The notes beneath the pieces are model-generated. The model was given only the letters and a program-made list of their open reading frames with translations. It did no database searches and was not told where the DNA came from. Below are positions 1-15,299 of a stretch of 64,000 nucleotides of DNA, in pieces (the stretch's first letter is position 1; each line of letters begins with the position of its first letter). The stretch is from Eledone cirrhosa (taxonomy: Eukaryota). The position numbers and the translations under genes were made by a program. Location of the stretch: the NCBI GenBank assembly GCA_964016885.1, contig OZ024740.1:25730001-25794000 (forward strand). Direction: 5' to 3'.

Positions 1-3000
1 GTAGTTACTTCTATCGTAGTTGTAGTTACTTCTATTGTAGTTGTAGTTACTTCTATTGTAGTTGTAGTTACTTCTATTGTAGTTGTAGATACTTCTATTG
101 TAGATGTAGATACTTCTATTGTAGTTGTAGTTACTTCTATTGTAGTTGTAGTTACTTCTATTGTAGTTGTAGTTACTTCTATTGTAGATGTAGATACTTC
201 TATTGTAGTTGTATATACTTGTATTGTAGTTGTAGATACTTCTATTGTAGATGTAGATACTTCTATTGTAGTTGTTGTTACTTCTATTGTAGTTGTACTT
301 ACTTCTATTGTAGTTGTAGTTACTTCTATTGTAGTTGTAGTTACTTATATTGTAGTTGTAGATACTTCTATTGTAGTTGTATATACTTGTATTGTAGTTG
401 TAGTTACTTCTATTGTAGTTGTAGTTACTTCTATTGTAGTTGAAGTTACTTCTATTGTAGTTGTAGTTACTTCTATTGTAGTTGTAGTTACTTCTATTGT
501 AGTTGTAGATACTCCTATTGTAGTTGTAGTTACATCTATTGTAGTTGCAGTTACTTCTATTGTAGTTGTAGATACTCCTATTGTAGTTGTAGTTACTTCT
601 ATTGTAGTTGCAGTTACTTCTATTGTAGTTGTACTTACTTCTATTGTAGTTGTAGTTATTTCTATTGCAGTTGTAGATACTCCTATTGTAGTTTTAGATA
701 CTTCTATCGTAGTTGTAGTTACTTCTATTGTAGATGTAGATACTTATATTGTAGTTGTAGAAGCTTCTATTGTAGTTGTAGTTATTTCTATTGTAGGTGT
801 AGTTACTTCTATTGTAGTTGTAGTTACTTCTATTGTAGTTGTAGTTACTTCTATTGTAGTTGTAGTTACTTCTATTGTAGTTGTAGTTACTTATATTGTA
901 GTTGTAGTTACTTCTATTGTAGTTGTAGTTACTTCTATTGTAGTTGTAGTTACTTCTCTTGTAGTTGTAGTTACTTCTATTGTACTTGTAGTTATTTCTA
1001 TTGTAGTTGTAGTTATTTCTATTGTAGTTGTAGTTACTTCTCTTGTAGTTGTAGTTACTTCTATTGTAGTTGTAGTTATTTCTATTGTAGTTGTAGTTAC
1101 TTCTATTGTAGTTGTAGTTACTTCTATTGTAGTTGTAGTTACTTCTATTGTAGTTGTAGATACTTCTATTGTAGATGTAGATACTTCTATTGTAGTTGTA
1201 GTTACTTCTATTGTAGTTGTAGTTACTTCTATTGTAGTTGTAGTTACTTCTATTGTAGTTGTATTTACTTCTAGTGTAGTTGTAGTTACTTCTATTGTAG
1301 TTGTAGTTACTACTATTGTAGTTGTAGTTACTTCTATTGTAGTTGTAGTTTGTTCTATCGTAGATGTAGTTACTTCTATCGTAGGTGTAGTTACTTCTAT
1401 TGTAGTTGTAGTTACTTCTATTGTAGTTGTAGATACTTCTACTGTAGTTGTAGTTACTTCTATTGTAGTTGTAGATACTTCTATTGTAGTTGTAGATACT
1501 TCTATTGTAGATGTAGATACTTCTATTATAGTTGTAGTTACTTCTATCGTAGTTGTAGTTACTTCTATTGTAGTTGTAGTTACTTCTATTGTAGTTGTAG
1601 TTACTTCTATTGTAGTTGTAGATACTTCTATTGTAGATGTAGATACTTCTATTGTAGTTGTAGTTACTTCTATTGTAGTTGTAGTTACTTCTATTGTAGT
1701 TGTAGTTACTTCTATTGTAGATGTAGATACTTCTATTGTAGTTGTATATACTTGTATTGTAGTTGTAGATACTTCTATTGTAGATGTAGATACTTCTATT
1801 GTAGTTGTTGTTACTTCTATTGTAGTTGTACTTACTTCTATTGTAGTTGTAGTTACTTCTATTGTAGTTGTAGTTACTTATATTGTAGTTGTAGATACTT
1901 CTATTGTAGTTGTATATACTTGTATTGTAGTTGTAGTTACTTCTATTGTAGTTGTAGTTACTTCTATTGTAGTTGAAGTTACTTCTATTGTAGTTGTAGT
2001 TACTTCTATTGTAGTTGTAGTTACTTCTATTGTAGTTGTAGATACTCCTATTGTAGTTGTAGTTACATCTATTGTAGTTGCAGTTACTTCTATTGTAGTT
2101 GTAGATACTCCTATTGTAGTTGTAGTTACTTCTACTGTAGTTGCAGTTACTTCTATTGTAGTTGTACTTACTTCTATTGTAGTTGTAGTTATTTCTATTG
2201 CAGTTGTAGATACTCCTATTGTAGTTTTAGATACTTCTATCGTAGTTGTAGTTACTTCTATTGTAGATGTAGATACTTATATTGTAGTTGTAGAAGCTTC
2301 TATTGTAGTTGTAGTTATTTCTATTGTAGGTGTAGTTACTTCTATTGTAGTTGTAGTTACTTCTATTGTAGTTGTAGTTACTTCTATTGTAGTTGTAGTT
2401 ACTTCTATTGTAGTTGTAGTTACTTATATTGTAGTTGTAGTTACTTCTATTGTAGTTGTAGTTACTTCTATTGTAGTTGTAGTTACTTCTCTTGTAGTTG
2501 TAGTTACTTCTATTGTACTTGTAGTTATTTCTATTGTAGTTGTAGTTATTTCTATTGTAGTTGTAGTTACTTCTCTTGTAGTTGTAGTTACTTCTATTGT
2601 AGTTGTAGTTATTTCTATTGTAGTTGTAGTTACTTCTATTGTAGTTGTAGTTACTTCTATTGTAGTTGTAGTTACTTCTATTGTAGTTGTAGTTACTTCT
2701 ATTGTAGTTGTAGTTACTTCTATTGTAGTTGTAGTTACTTCTATTGTAGTTGTAGTTACTTCTCTTGTAGTTGTAGTTACTTCTATTGTACTTGTAGTTA
2801 TTTCTATTGTAGTTGTAGTTATTTCTATTGTAGTTGTAGTTACTTCTCTTGTAGTTGTAGTTACTTCTATTGTAGTTGTAGATACTTCTACTGTAGTTGT
2901 AGTTACTTCTATTGTAGTTGTAGATACTTCTATTGTAGTTGTAGATACTTCTATTGTAGATGTAGATACTTCTATTATAGTTGTATTTACTTCTATCGTA

Positions 3001-3740
3001 GTTGTAGTTACTTCTATTGTAGTTGTAGTTACTTCTATTGTAGTTGTAGTTATTTCTATTGTAGTTGTAGATACTTCTATTGTAGATGTAGATACTTCTA
3101 TTGTAGTTGTAGTTACTTCTATTGTTGTTGTAGTTACTTCTATTGTAGTTGTAGTTACTTCTATTGTAGATGTAGATACTTCTATTGTAGTTGTATATAC
3201 TTGTATTGTAGTTGTAGATACTTCTATTGTAGATGTAGATACTTCTATTGTAGTTGTTGTTACTTCTATTGTAGTTGTACTTACGTCTATTGTAGTTGTA
3301 GTTACTTCTATTGTAGTTGTAGTTACTTCTATTGTAGTTGTAGATACTTCTATTGTAGTTGTATATACTTGTATTGTTGTTGTAGTTACTTCTATTGTAG
3401 TTGTAGTTACTTCTATTGTAGTTGAAGTTACTTCTATTGTAGTTGTAGTTACTTCTATTGTAGTTGTATTTACTTCTATTGTAGTTGTAGATACTCCTAT
3501 TGTAGTTGTAGTTACTTCTATTGTAGTTGCAGTAACTTCTATTGTAGTTGTAGATACTCCTATTGTAGTTGTAGTTACTTCTATTGTAGTTGCAGTTACT
3601 TCTATTGTAGTTGTACTTACTTCTATTGTAGTTTTAGTTATTTCTATTGCAGTTGTAGATACTCCTATTGTAGTTTTAGATACTTCTATCGTAGTTGTAG
3701 TTACTTCTATTGTAGATGTAGATACTTATATTGTAGTTGT
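1..3740. repeat. Higher-order repeat, about 1.5-kb unit, three partial copies (offsets 1,533 = 73 monomers and 1,449 = 69 monomers)
   Basis: The rare GAAGTT variant occurs at 442, 1975 and 3424 with the same ordered string of flanking variants. AAGCTT variant at 761 and 2294. TCTACT variant at about 1441 and 2890. Confidence 0.9.
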
Positions 3741-5419
3741 AGTTACTTCTATTGTAGTTGTAGTTACTTCTATTGTAGTTGTAGTTACTTCTATTGTAGT
3801 TGTAGTTACTTATATTGTAGTTGTAGTTACTTCTATTGTAGTTGTAGTTACTTCTATTGTAGTTGTAGTTACTTCTATTGTAGTTGTAGTTACTTATATT
3901 GTAGTTGTAGTTACTTCTATTGTAGTTGTAGTTACTTATATTGTAGTTGTAGTTACTTCTATTGTAGTTGTAGTTACTTCTATTGTAGTTGTAGTTACTT
4001 CTCTTGTAGTTGTAGTTACTTCTATTGTACTTGTAGTTATTTCTATTGTAGTTGTAGTTATTTCTATTGTAGTTGTAGTTACTTCTCTTGTAGTTGTAGT
4101 TACTTCTATTGTAGTTGTAGTTATTCTCTATTGTAGTTGTAGTTACTTCTATTGTAGTTGTAGTTACTTCTATTGTAGTTGTAGTTACTTCTATTGTAGT
4201 TGTAGTTACTTCTATTGTAGTTGTAGTTACTTCTATTGTAGTTGTAGTTACTTCTATTGTAGTTGTAGTTACTTCTCTTGTAGTTGTAGTTACTTCTATT
4301 GTACTTGTAGTTACTTCTATTGTAGTTGTAGTTATTTCTATTGTAGTTGTAGTTACTTCTCTTGTAGTTGTAGTTACTTCTATTGTAGTTGTAGTTATTT
4401 CTATTGTAGTTGTAGAAGCTTCTATTGTAGTTGTAGTTATTTCTATTGTAGGTGTAGTTACTTCTATTGTAGTTGTAGTTACTTCTATTGTAGTTGTAGT
4501 TATTTCTATAGTAGTTGTAGTTACTTCTATTGTAGTTGTAGTTACTTCTATTGTAGTTGTAGTTACTTCTATTGTAGTTGTATTTACTTCTAGTGTAGTT
4601 GTAGTTACTTCTATTGTAGTGGTAGTTACTACTATTGTAGTTGTAGTTACTTCTATTGTAGTTGTAGATACTTCTATTGTAGTTGTAGTTACTTCTATTG
4701 TAGGTGTAGTTACTTCTATTGTAGTTGTAGTTACTTCTATTGTAGGTGTAGTTACTTCTATTGTAGTTGTAGTTACTTCTATTGTAGTTGTAGTTACTTC
4801 TATTGTAGTTGTAGTTACTTCTATTGTAGTTGTAGTTACTTCTATTGTAGTTGTAGTTACTTCTATTGTAGTTGTAGTTATTTCTATTGTAGTTGTAGTT
4901 ACTTCTCTTGTAGTTGTGGTTACTTCTATTGTAGTTGTAGTTATTTCTATTGTAGTTGTAGTTACTTCTATTGTAGTTGCATTTACTTCTAGTGTAGTTG
5001 TAGTTACTTCTATTGTAGTTATAGTTACTACTATTGTAGTTGTAGTTACTTCTATTGTAGTTGTAGTTTGTTCTATTGTAGTTGTAGTTAATTCTAGTGT
5101 AGTTGTAGATACTCCTATTGTAGTTATAGTTGTTGATACTACTATTGTAGATGTAGTTAATTCTATTGTAGGTGTTGTTACTTCTATTGTAGTTGTAGTT
5201 ACTTCTATTGTAGTTGTAGATACTTCTATTGTAGTTGTAGTTACTTCTATTGTAGTTGTAGATACTTCTATTGTAGTTGTAGATACTTCTATTGTAGATG
5301 TAGATACTTCTATTGTAGTTGTAGTTACTTCTATTGTAGTTGTAGTTACTTCTATTGTAGTTGTAGTTACTTCTATTGTAGTTGAATTTACTTCTAGTGT
5401 AGTTGTAGTTACTTCTATT

Positions 5420-8400
5420 GTAGTTGTAGTTACTACTATTGTAGTTGTAGTTACTTCTATTGTAGTTGTAGTTTGTTCTATCGTAGATGTAGTTACTTCT
5501 ATCGTAGGTGTAGTTACTTCTATTGTAGTTGTAGTTACTTCTATTGTAGTTGTAGATACTCCTACTGTAGTTGTAGTTACTTCTATTGTAGTTGTAGATA
5601 CTTCTATTGTAGTTGTAGATACTTCTATTGTAGATGTAGATACTTCTATTATAGTTGTAGTTACTTCTATCGTAGTTGTAGTTACTTCTATTGTAGCTGT
5701 AGTTACTTCTATTGTAGTTGTAGTTACTTCTATTGTAGTTGTAGATACTTCTATTGTAGATGTAGATACTTCTATTGTAGTTGTAGTTACTTCTATTGTA
5801 GTTGTAGTTACTTCTATTGTAGTTGTAATTACTTCTATTGTAGTTGTAGATACTTCTATTGTAGTTGTAGATACTTCTATTGTAGATGTAGATACTTCTA
5901 TTGTAGTTGTTGTTACTTCTATTGTAGTTGTACTTACTTCTATTGTAGTTGTAGTTACTTCTATTGTAGTTGTAGTTACTTCTATTGTAGTTGTAGATAC
6001 TTCTATTGTAGTTGTATATACTTGTATTGTAGTTGTAGTTACTTCTATTGTAGTTGTAGTTACTTCTATTGTAGTTGTAGTTACTTCTCTGGTAGTTGTA
6101 GTTACTTCTATTGTACTTGTAGTTATTTCTATTGTAGTTGTAGTTATTTCTATTGTAGTTGTAGATACTTCTATTGTAGTTGTAGTTACTTCTATTGTAG
6201 TTGTAGATTCTTCTATTGTAGTTGTAGTTACTTCTATTGTAGTTGTAGTTACTTCTATTGTAGTTGTAGTTACTTCAATTGTAGTTGTAGATACTCCTAT
6301 TGCAGTTGCAGTTACTTCTATTGTAGTTGCAGTTACTTCTATTGTAGTTGTAGTTACTTCTATTGCAGTTGTAGATACTCCTATTGTAGTTTTAGATACT
6401 TCTATTGTAGATGTAGATACTTATATTGTAGTTGTAGAAGCTTCTATTGTAGTTGTAGTTATTTCTATTGTAGGTGTAGTTACTTCTATTGTAGTTGTAG
6501 TTACTTCTATTGTAGGTGTAGTTACTTCTATTGTAGTTGTAGTTACTTCTATTGTAGTTGTAGTTACTTCTATTGTAGTTGTAGTTACTTCTATTGTAGT
6601 TGTAGTTACTTCTATTGTAGTTGTAGTTACTTCTATTGTAGTTGTAGTTATTTCTATTGTAGTTGTAGTTACTTCTCTTGTAGTTGTGGTTACTTCTATT
6701 GTAGTTGTAGTTATTTCTATTGTAGTTGTAGTTACTTCTATTGTAGTTGTATTTACTTCTAGTGTAGTTGTAGTTACTTCTATTGTAGTTATAGTTACTA
6801 CTATTGTAGTTGTAGTTACTTCTATTGTAGTTGTAGTTTGTTCTATTGTAGTTGTAGTTAATTCTAGTGTAGTTGTAGATACTCCTATTGTAGTTATAGT
6901 TGTTGATACTACTATTGTAGATGTAGTTAATTCTATTTTAGGTGTAGTTACTTCTATTGTAGTTGTAGTTACTTCTATTGTAGTTGTAGATACTTCTATT
7001 GTAGTTGTAGATACTTCTATTGTAGATGTAGATACTTCTATTGTAGTTGTAGTTACTTCTATTGTAGTTGTAGTTACTTCTATTGTAGTTGTAGTTATTT
7101 CTATTGTAGTTGTAGTTAATTCTATTGTAGTTGTAGATACTTCTATTGTAGTTGTAGTTACTTCTATTGTAGTTGTAGATACTTCTATTGTAGTTGTAGA
7201 TACTTCTATTGTAGATGTAGATACTTCTATTGTAGTTGTAGTTATTTCTATTGTAGTTGTAGTTACTTCTATTGTAGTTGTAATTACTTCTATTGTAGTT
7301 GTAGATACTTCTATTGTAGTTGTAGTTACTTCTAATGTAGATGTAGATACTTCTATTGTAGTTGTTGTTACTTCTATTGTAGTTGTACTTACTTCTATTG
7401 TAGTTGTAGTTACTTCTATTGTAGTTGTAGTTACTTCTATTGTAGTTGTAGATACTTCTATTGTAGTTGTATATACTTGTTTTGTAGTTGTAGTTACTTC
7501 TATTGTAGTTGTAGTTACTTCTATTGTAGTTGTAGTTACTTCTATTGTAGTTGTAGTTACTTCTATTGTAGTTGTAGTTATTTCTATTGTAGTTGTAGAT
7601 ACTCCTATTGTAGTTGTAGTTACTTCTATTGTAGTTGCAGTTACTTCTATTGTAGTTGTAGTTATTTCTATTACAGTTGCAGATACTCCTATTGTAGTTT
7701 TAGATACTTCTATTGTAGATGTTGATACTTATATTGTAGTTGTAGAAGCTTCTATTGTAGTTGTAGTTATTTCTATTGTAGGTGTAGTTACTTCTATTGT
7801 AGTTGTAGTTACTTCTATCGTAGGTGTAGTTACTTCTATTGTAGTTGTAGTTACTTCTATTGTAGTTGTAGTTACATCTCTTGTAGTTGTAGTTACTTCT
7901 ATTGTACTTGTAGTTATTTCTATTGTAGTTTTAGTTATTTCTATTGTAGTTGTAGTTACTTCTCTTGTAGTTGTAGTTACTTCTATTGTAGTTGTAGTTA
8001 TTTCTATTGTAGTTGTAGTTACTTCTATTGTAGTTGTAGTTACTTCTATTGTAGTTGTAGTTACTTCTATTGTAGTTGTAGTTACTTCTATTGTAGTTGT
8101 AGTTACTTCTATTGTAGTTGTAGTTACTTCTATTGTAGTTGTAGTTACTTCTATTGTAGTTGTAGTTACTTCTCTTGTAGTTGTAGTTACTTCTATTGTA
8201 CTTGTAGTTATTTCTATTGTAGTTGTAGTTATTTCTATTGTAGTTGTAGTTACTTCTATTGTAGTTGTAGTTACTTCTATTGTAGTTGTAGTTACTTCTA
8301 TTGTAGTTGTAGTTACTTCTATTGTAGTTGTAGTTACTTTATTGCAGTTGTAGTTACTTCTCTTGTAGTTGTAGTTACTTCTATTGTAGTTGTAGTTACT

Positions 8401-11400
8401 TCTATTGTAGTTGTAGTTACTTCTATTGTAGTTGTAGTTACTTCTATTGTAGTTGTAGTTATTTCTAGTGTAGTTGTAGTTACTTCTATTGTAGTTGTAT
8501 TTACTTCTAGCGTAGTTGTAGTTACTTCTATTGTAGTTGTAGTTACTACTATTGTAGTTGTAGTTACTTCTATTGTAGTTGTAGTTACTTCTATTGTAGT
8601 TGTAGTTACTACTATTGTAGTTGTAGTTACTTCTATTGTAGTTATAGATACTTCTATTATAGTTGTAGTTACTTCTATTGTAGTTGTAGTTACTTCTATT
8701 GTAGTTGTAGTTACTTCTATTGTAGTTGTAGATACTTCTATTGCAGTTGTAGTTACTTCTATTGTAGTTGTAGTTACTACTATTGTAGTTGTAGTTACTA
8801 CTATTGTAGTTGTAGTTACTTCTATTGTAGTTGTAGTTTGTTCTATCGTAGATGTAGTTACTTCTATCGTAGGTGTAGTTACTTCTATTGTAGTTGTAGT
8901 TACTTCTATTGTAGTTGTAGATACTCCTACTGTAGTTGTAGTTACTTCTATTGTAGTTGTAGATACTTCTATTGTAGTTGTAGATACTTCTATTGTAGAT
9001 GTAGATACTTCTATTATAGTTGTAGTTACTTCTATCGTAGTTGTAGTTACTTCTATTGTAGTTGTAGTTACTTCTATTGTAGTTGTAGTTACTTCTATTG
9101 TAGTTGTAGATACTTCTATTGTAGATGTAGATACTTCTATTGTAGTTGTAGTTACTTCTATTGTAGTTGTAGTTACTTCTATTGTAGTTGTAATTACTTC
9201 TATTGTAGTTGTAGATACTTCTATTGTAGTTGTAGATACTTCTATTGTAGATGTAGATACTTCTATTGTAGTTGTTGTTACTTCTATTGTAGTTGTACTT
9301 ACTTCTATTGTAGTTGTAGTTACTTCTATTGTAGTTGTAGTTACTTCTATTGTAGTTGTAGATACTTCTATTGTAGTTGTATATACTTGTATTGTAGTTG
9401 TAGTTACTTCTATTGTAGTTGTAGTTACTTCTATTGTAGTTGTAGTTACTTCTCTGGTAGTTGTAGTTACTTCTATTGTACTTGTAGTTATTTCTATTGT
9501 AGTTGTAGTTATTTCTATTGTAGTTGTAGATACTTCTATTGTAGTTGTAGTTACTTCTATTGTAGTTGTAGATTCTTCTATTGTAGTTGTAGTTACTTCT
9601 ATTGTAGTTGTAGTTACTTCTATTGTAGTTGTAGTTACTTCAATTGTAGTTGTAGATACTCCTATTGCAGTTGCAGTTACTTCTATTGTAGTTGCAGTTA
9701 CTTCTATTGTAGTTGTAGTTACTTCTATTGCAGTTGTAGATACTCCTATTGTAGTTTTAGATACTTCTATTGTAGATGTAGATACTTATATTGTAGTTGT
9801 AGAAGCTTCTATTGTAGTTGTAGTTATTTCTATTGTAGGTGTAGTTACTTCTATTGTAGTTGTAGTTACTTCTATTGTAGGTGTAGTTACTTCTATTGTA
9901 GTTGTAGTTACTTCTATTGTAGTTGTAGTTACTTCTATTGTAGTTGTAGTTACTTCTATTGTAGTTGTAGTTACTTCTATTGTAGTTGTAGTTACTTCTA
10001 TTGTAGTTGTAGTTATTTCTATTGTAGTTGTAGTTACTTCTCTTGTAGTTGTGGTTACTTCTATTGTAGTTGTAGTTATTTCTATTGTAGTTGTAGTTAC
10101 TTCTATTGTAGTTGTATTTACTTCTAGTGTAGTTGTAGTTACTTCTATTGTAGTTATAGTTACTACTATTGTAGTTGTAGTTACTTCTATTGTAGTTGTA
10201 GTTTGTTCTATTGTAGTTGTAGTTAATTCTAGTGTAGTTGTAGATACTCCTATTGTAGTTATAGTTGTTGATACTACTATTGTAGATGTAGTTAATTCTA
10301 TTTTAGGTGTAGTTACTTCTATTGTAGTTGTAGTTACTTCTATTGTAGTTGTAGATACTTCTATTGTAGTTGTAGATACTTCTATCGTAGATGTAGATAC
10401 TTCTATTGTAGTTGTAGTTACTTCTATTGTAGTTGTAGTTACTTCTATTGTAGTTGTAGTTATTTCTATTGTAGTTGTAGTTAATTCTATTGTAGTTGTA
10501 GATACTTCTATTGTAGTTGTAGTTACTTCTATTGTAGTTGTAGATACTTCTATTGTAGTTGTAGATACTTCTATTGTAGATGTAGATACTTCTATTGTAG
10601 TTGTAGTTATTTCTATTGTAGTTGTAGTTACTTCTATTGTAGTTGTAATTACTTCTATTGTAGTTGTAGATACTTCTATTGTAGTTGTAGTTACTTCTAA
10701 TGTAGATGTAGATACTTCTATTGTAGTTGTTGTTACTTCTATTGTAGTTGTACTTACTTCTATTGTAGTTGTAGTTACTTCTATTGTAGTTGTAGTTACT
10801 TCTATTGTAGTTGTAGATACTTCTATTGTAGTTGTATATACTTGTTTTGTAGTTGTAGTTACTTCTATTGTAGTTGTAGTTACTTCTATTGTAGTTGTAG
10901 TTACTTCTATTGTAGTTGTAGTTACTTCTATTGTAGTTGTAGTTATTTCTATTGTAGTTGTAGATACTCCTATTGTAGTTGTAGTTACTTCTATTGTAGT
11001 TGCAGTTACTTCTATTGTAGTTGTAGTTATTTCTATTACAGTTGCAGATACTCCTATTGTAGTTTTAGATACTTCTATTGTAGATGTAGATACTTATATT
11101 GTAGTTGTAGAAGCTTCTATTGTAGTTGTAGTTATTTCTATTGTAGGTGTAGTTACTTCTATTGTAGTTGTAGTTACTTCTATCGTAGGTGTAGTTACTT
11201 CTATTGTAGTTGTAGTTACTTCTATTGTAGTTGTAGTTACATCTCTTGTAGTTGTAGTTACTTCTATTGTACTTGTAGTTATTTCTATTGTAGTTTTAGT
11301 TATTTCTATTGTAGTTGTAGTTACTTCTCTTGTAGTTGTAGTTACTTCTATTGTAGTTGTAGTTATTTCTATTGTAGTTGTAGTTACTTCTATTGTAGTT

Positions 11401-12160
11401 GTAGTTACTTCTATTGTAGTTGTAGTTACTTCTATTGTAGTTGTAGTTACTTCTATTGTAGTTGTAGTTACTTCTATTGTAGTTGTAGTTACTTCTATTG
11501 TAGTTGTAGTTACTTCTATTGTAGTTGTAGTTACTTCTCTTGTAGTTGTAGTTACTTCTATTGTACTTGTAGTTATTTCTATTGTAGTTGTAGTTATTTC
11601 TATTGTAGTTGTAGTTACTTCTATTGTAGTTGTAGTTACTTCTATTGTAGTTGTAGTTACTTCTATTGTAGTTGTAGTTACTTCTATTGTAGTTGTAGTT
11701 ACTTTATTGCAGTTGTAGTTACTTCTCTTGTAGTTGTAGTTACTTCTATTGTAGTTGTAGTTACTTCTATTGTAGTTGTAGTTACTTCTATTGTAGTTGT
11801 AGTTACTTCTATTGTAGTTGTAGTAATTTCTAGTGTAGTTGTAGTTACTTCTATTGTAGTTGTATTTACTTCTAGTGTAGTTGTAGTTACTTCTATTGTA
11901 GTTGTAGTTACTACTATTGTAGTTGTAGTTACTTCTATTGTAGTTGTAGTTACTTCTATTGTAGTTGTAGTTACTACTATTGTAGTTGTAGTTACTTCTA
12001 TTGTAGTTATAGATACTTCTATTATAGTTGTAGTTACTTCTATTGTAGTTGTAGTTACTTCTATTGTAGTTGTAGTTACTTCTATTGTAGTTGTAGATAC
12101 TTCTATTGCAGTTGTAGTTACTTCTATTGTAGTTGTAGTTACTACTATTGTAGTTGTAGT
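5420..12160. repeat. Tandem duplication of a 3,365-bp higher-order unit (160 monomers, including one +6 and one -1 monomer)
   Basis: Near-identical ORF translations at 5473 and 8838, 27-bp monomers at 6887 and 10252, and 20-bp monomers at 8336 and 11701 all have offset 3,365 = 160x21+6-1. Confidence 0.93.
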
Positions 12161-15100
12161 TACTTCTATTGTATTTGTAGTTACTTCTATCGTAGTTGTT
12201 CTTACTTCTATTGTAGTTGTAGTTACTTCTATTGTAGTTGTAGTTACTTCTATTGTAGTTGTAGATACTTCTATTGTAGTTGCAGATACTTCTATTGTAG
12301 ATGTAGATACTTCTATTGTAGGTGTAGTTACTTCTATTGTAGTTGTAGTTACTTCTATTGTAGTTGTAATTACGTCTATTGTAGTTGTAGTTACTTCTAT
12401 TGTAGTTGTAGTTACTCTATTGTAGTTGTAGTTACTTCTATTGTAGTTGTAGTTACTTCTATTGTAGTTGTAGATACTTCTATTGTAGTTGTAGCTACTT
12501 CTATTGTAGATGTAGATACTTCTATTGTAGTTGTAGTTACTTCTATTGTAGTTGTAGTTACTTCTATTGTAGTTGTAATTACTTCTATTGTAGTTGTAGA
12601 TACTTCTATTGTAGTTGTAGTTACTTCTATTGTAGATGTAGATACTTCTATTGTAGTTGTTGTTACTTCTATTGTAGTTGTACTTACTTCTATTGTAGTT
12701 GTAGTTACTTCTATTGTAGTTGTAGTTACTTCTATTGTAGTTGTAGATACTTCTATTGTAGTTGTATATACTTGTTTTGTAGTTGTAGTTACTTCTATTG
12801 TAGTTGTAGTTACTTCTATTGTAGTTGTAGTTACTTCTATTGTAGTTGTAGTTACTTCTCTTGTAGTTGTAGTTACTTATATTGTACTTGTAGTTATTTC
12901 TATTGTAGTTGTAGTTATTTCTATTGTAGTTGTAGTTACTTCTATTGTAGTTGTAGTTACTTCTATTGTAGTTGTAGTTACTTCTATTGTAGTTGTAGTT
13001 ACTTCTATTGTAGTTGTAGTTACTTTATTGCAGTTGTAGTTACTTCTCTTGTAGTTGTAGTTACTTCTATTGTAGTTGTAGTTATTTCTATTGTAGTTGT
13101 AGTTACTTCTATTGTAGTTGTATTTACTTCTAGTGTAGTTGTAGTTACTTCTATTGTAGTTGTAGTTACTACTATTGTAGTTGTAGTTACTTCTATTGTA
13201 GTTGTAGTTACTTCTATTGTAGTTGTAGTTACTACTATTGTAGTTGTAGTTACTTCTATTGTAGTTATAGATACTTCTATTATAGTTGTAGTTACTTCTA
13301 TTGTAGTTGTAGTTACTTCTATTGTAGTTGTAGTTACTTCTATTGTAGTTGTAGTTACTTCTATTGTAGTTGTAAATACTTCTATTGCAGTTGTAGTTAC
13401 TTCTATTGTAGTTGTAGATACTTCTATTGTAGTTGTAGATACTTCTATTGTAGATGTAGATACTTATATTGTAGTTGTAGAAGCTTCTATTGTAGTTGTA
13501 GTTACTTCTATTGTAGTTGTAGTTACTTCTATTGTAGTTGTAGTTACTTCTATTGTAGTTGTAGTTACTTCTATTGTAGTTGTAGTTACTTCTATTGTAG
13601 TTGTAGTTACTTCTATTGTAGTTGTAGTTACTTCTATTGTAGTTGTAGTTACTTCTATTGTAGTTGTAGTTACTTCTATTGTAGTTGTAGTTACTTCTAT
13701 TGTAGTTGTAGTTATTTCTATTGTAGTTGTAGTTACTTCTATTGTAGTTGTATTTACTTCTAGTGTAGTTGTAGTTACTTCTATTGTAGTTGTAGTTACT
13801 ACTATTGTAGTTGTAGTTACTTCTATTGTAGTTGTAGTTACTTCTATTGTAGTTGTAGTTACTACTATTGTAGTTGTAGTTACTTCTATTGTAGTTATAG
13901 ATACTTCTATTATAGTTGTAGTTACTTCTATTGTAGTTGTAGTTACTTCTATTGTAGTTGTAGTTACTTCTATTGTAGTTGTAGATACTTCTATTGCAGT
14001 TGTAGTTACTTCTATTGTAGTTGTAGATACTTCTATTGTAGTTGTAGATACTTCTATTGTAGATGTAGATACTTATATTGTAGTTGTAGAAGCTTCTATT
14101 GTAGTTGTAGTTACTTCTATTGTAGTTGTAGTTACTTCTATTGTAGTTGTAGTTACTTCTATTGTAGTTGTAGTTACTACTATTGTAGTTGTAGTTACTT
14201 CTATTGTAGTTATAGATACTTCTATTATAGTTGTAGTTACTTCTATTGTAGTTGTAGTTACTTCTATTGTAGTTGTAGTTACTTCTATTGTAGTTGTAGA
14301 TACTTCTATTGCAGTTGTAGTTACTTCTATTGTAGTTGTAGATACTTCTATTGTAGTTGTAGATACTTCTATTGTAGATGTAGATACTTATATTGTAGTT
14401 GTAGAAGCTTCTATTGTAGTTGTAGTTACTTCTATTGTAGTTGTAGTTACTTCTATTGTAGTTGTAGTTACTTCTATTGTAGTTGTAGTTACTTCTATTG
14501 TAGTTGTAGTTACTTCTATTGTAGTTGTAGTTACTTCTATTGTAGTTGTAGTTACTTCTATTGTAGTTGTAGTTACTTCTATTGTAGTTGTAGATACTAC
14601 TATTGTAGTTGTAGTTACTTCTATTGTAGATGTAGATACTTCTATTGTAGTTGTAGTTACTTCTATTGTAGTTGTAGTTACTTCTATTGTAGTTGTAGAT
14701 ACTTCTATTGTAGTTGTAGTTACTTCTATTGTAGTTGTAGATACTTCTATTGTAGTTGTAGTTACTTCTATTGTAGATGTAGATACTTCTATTGTAGTTG
14801 TAGTTACTTCTATTGTAGTTGTAGTTACTACTATTGTAGTTGTAGTTACTTCTATTGTATTTGTAGTTACTACTATTGTAGTTGTAGTTACTTCTATCGT
14901 AGTTGTTCTTACTTCTATTGTAGTTGTAGTTACTTCTATTGTAGTTGTAGTTACTTCTATTGTAGTTGTAGATACTTCTATTGTAGTTGCAGATACTTCT
15001 ATTGTAGATGTAGATACTTCTATTGTAGGTGTAGTTACTTCTATTGTAGTTGTAGTTACTTCTATTGTAGTTGTAATTACGTCTATTGTAGTTGTAGTTA

Positions 15101-15299
15101 CTTCTATTGTAGTTGTAGTTACTTTATTGTAGTTGTAGTTACTTCTATTGTAGTTGTAGTTACTTCTATTGTAGTTGTAGATACTTCTATTGTAGTTGTA
15201 GCTACTTCTATTGTAGATGTAGATACTTCTATTGTAGTTGTAGTTACTTCTATTGTAGTTGTAGTTACTTCTATTGTAGTTGTAATTACTTCTATTGTA

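Noticed and set aside
4121-4132. 22-bp monomers at about 4123 and about 60750 as meaningful frame-switch sites
   Set aside because: Singletons not reproduced in homologous copies. They may be private mutations or sequencing errors.
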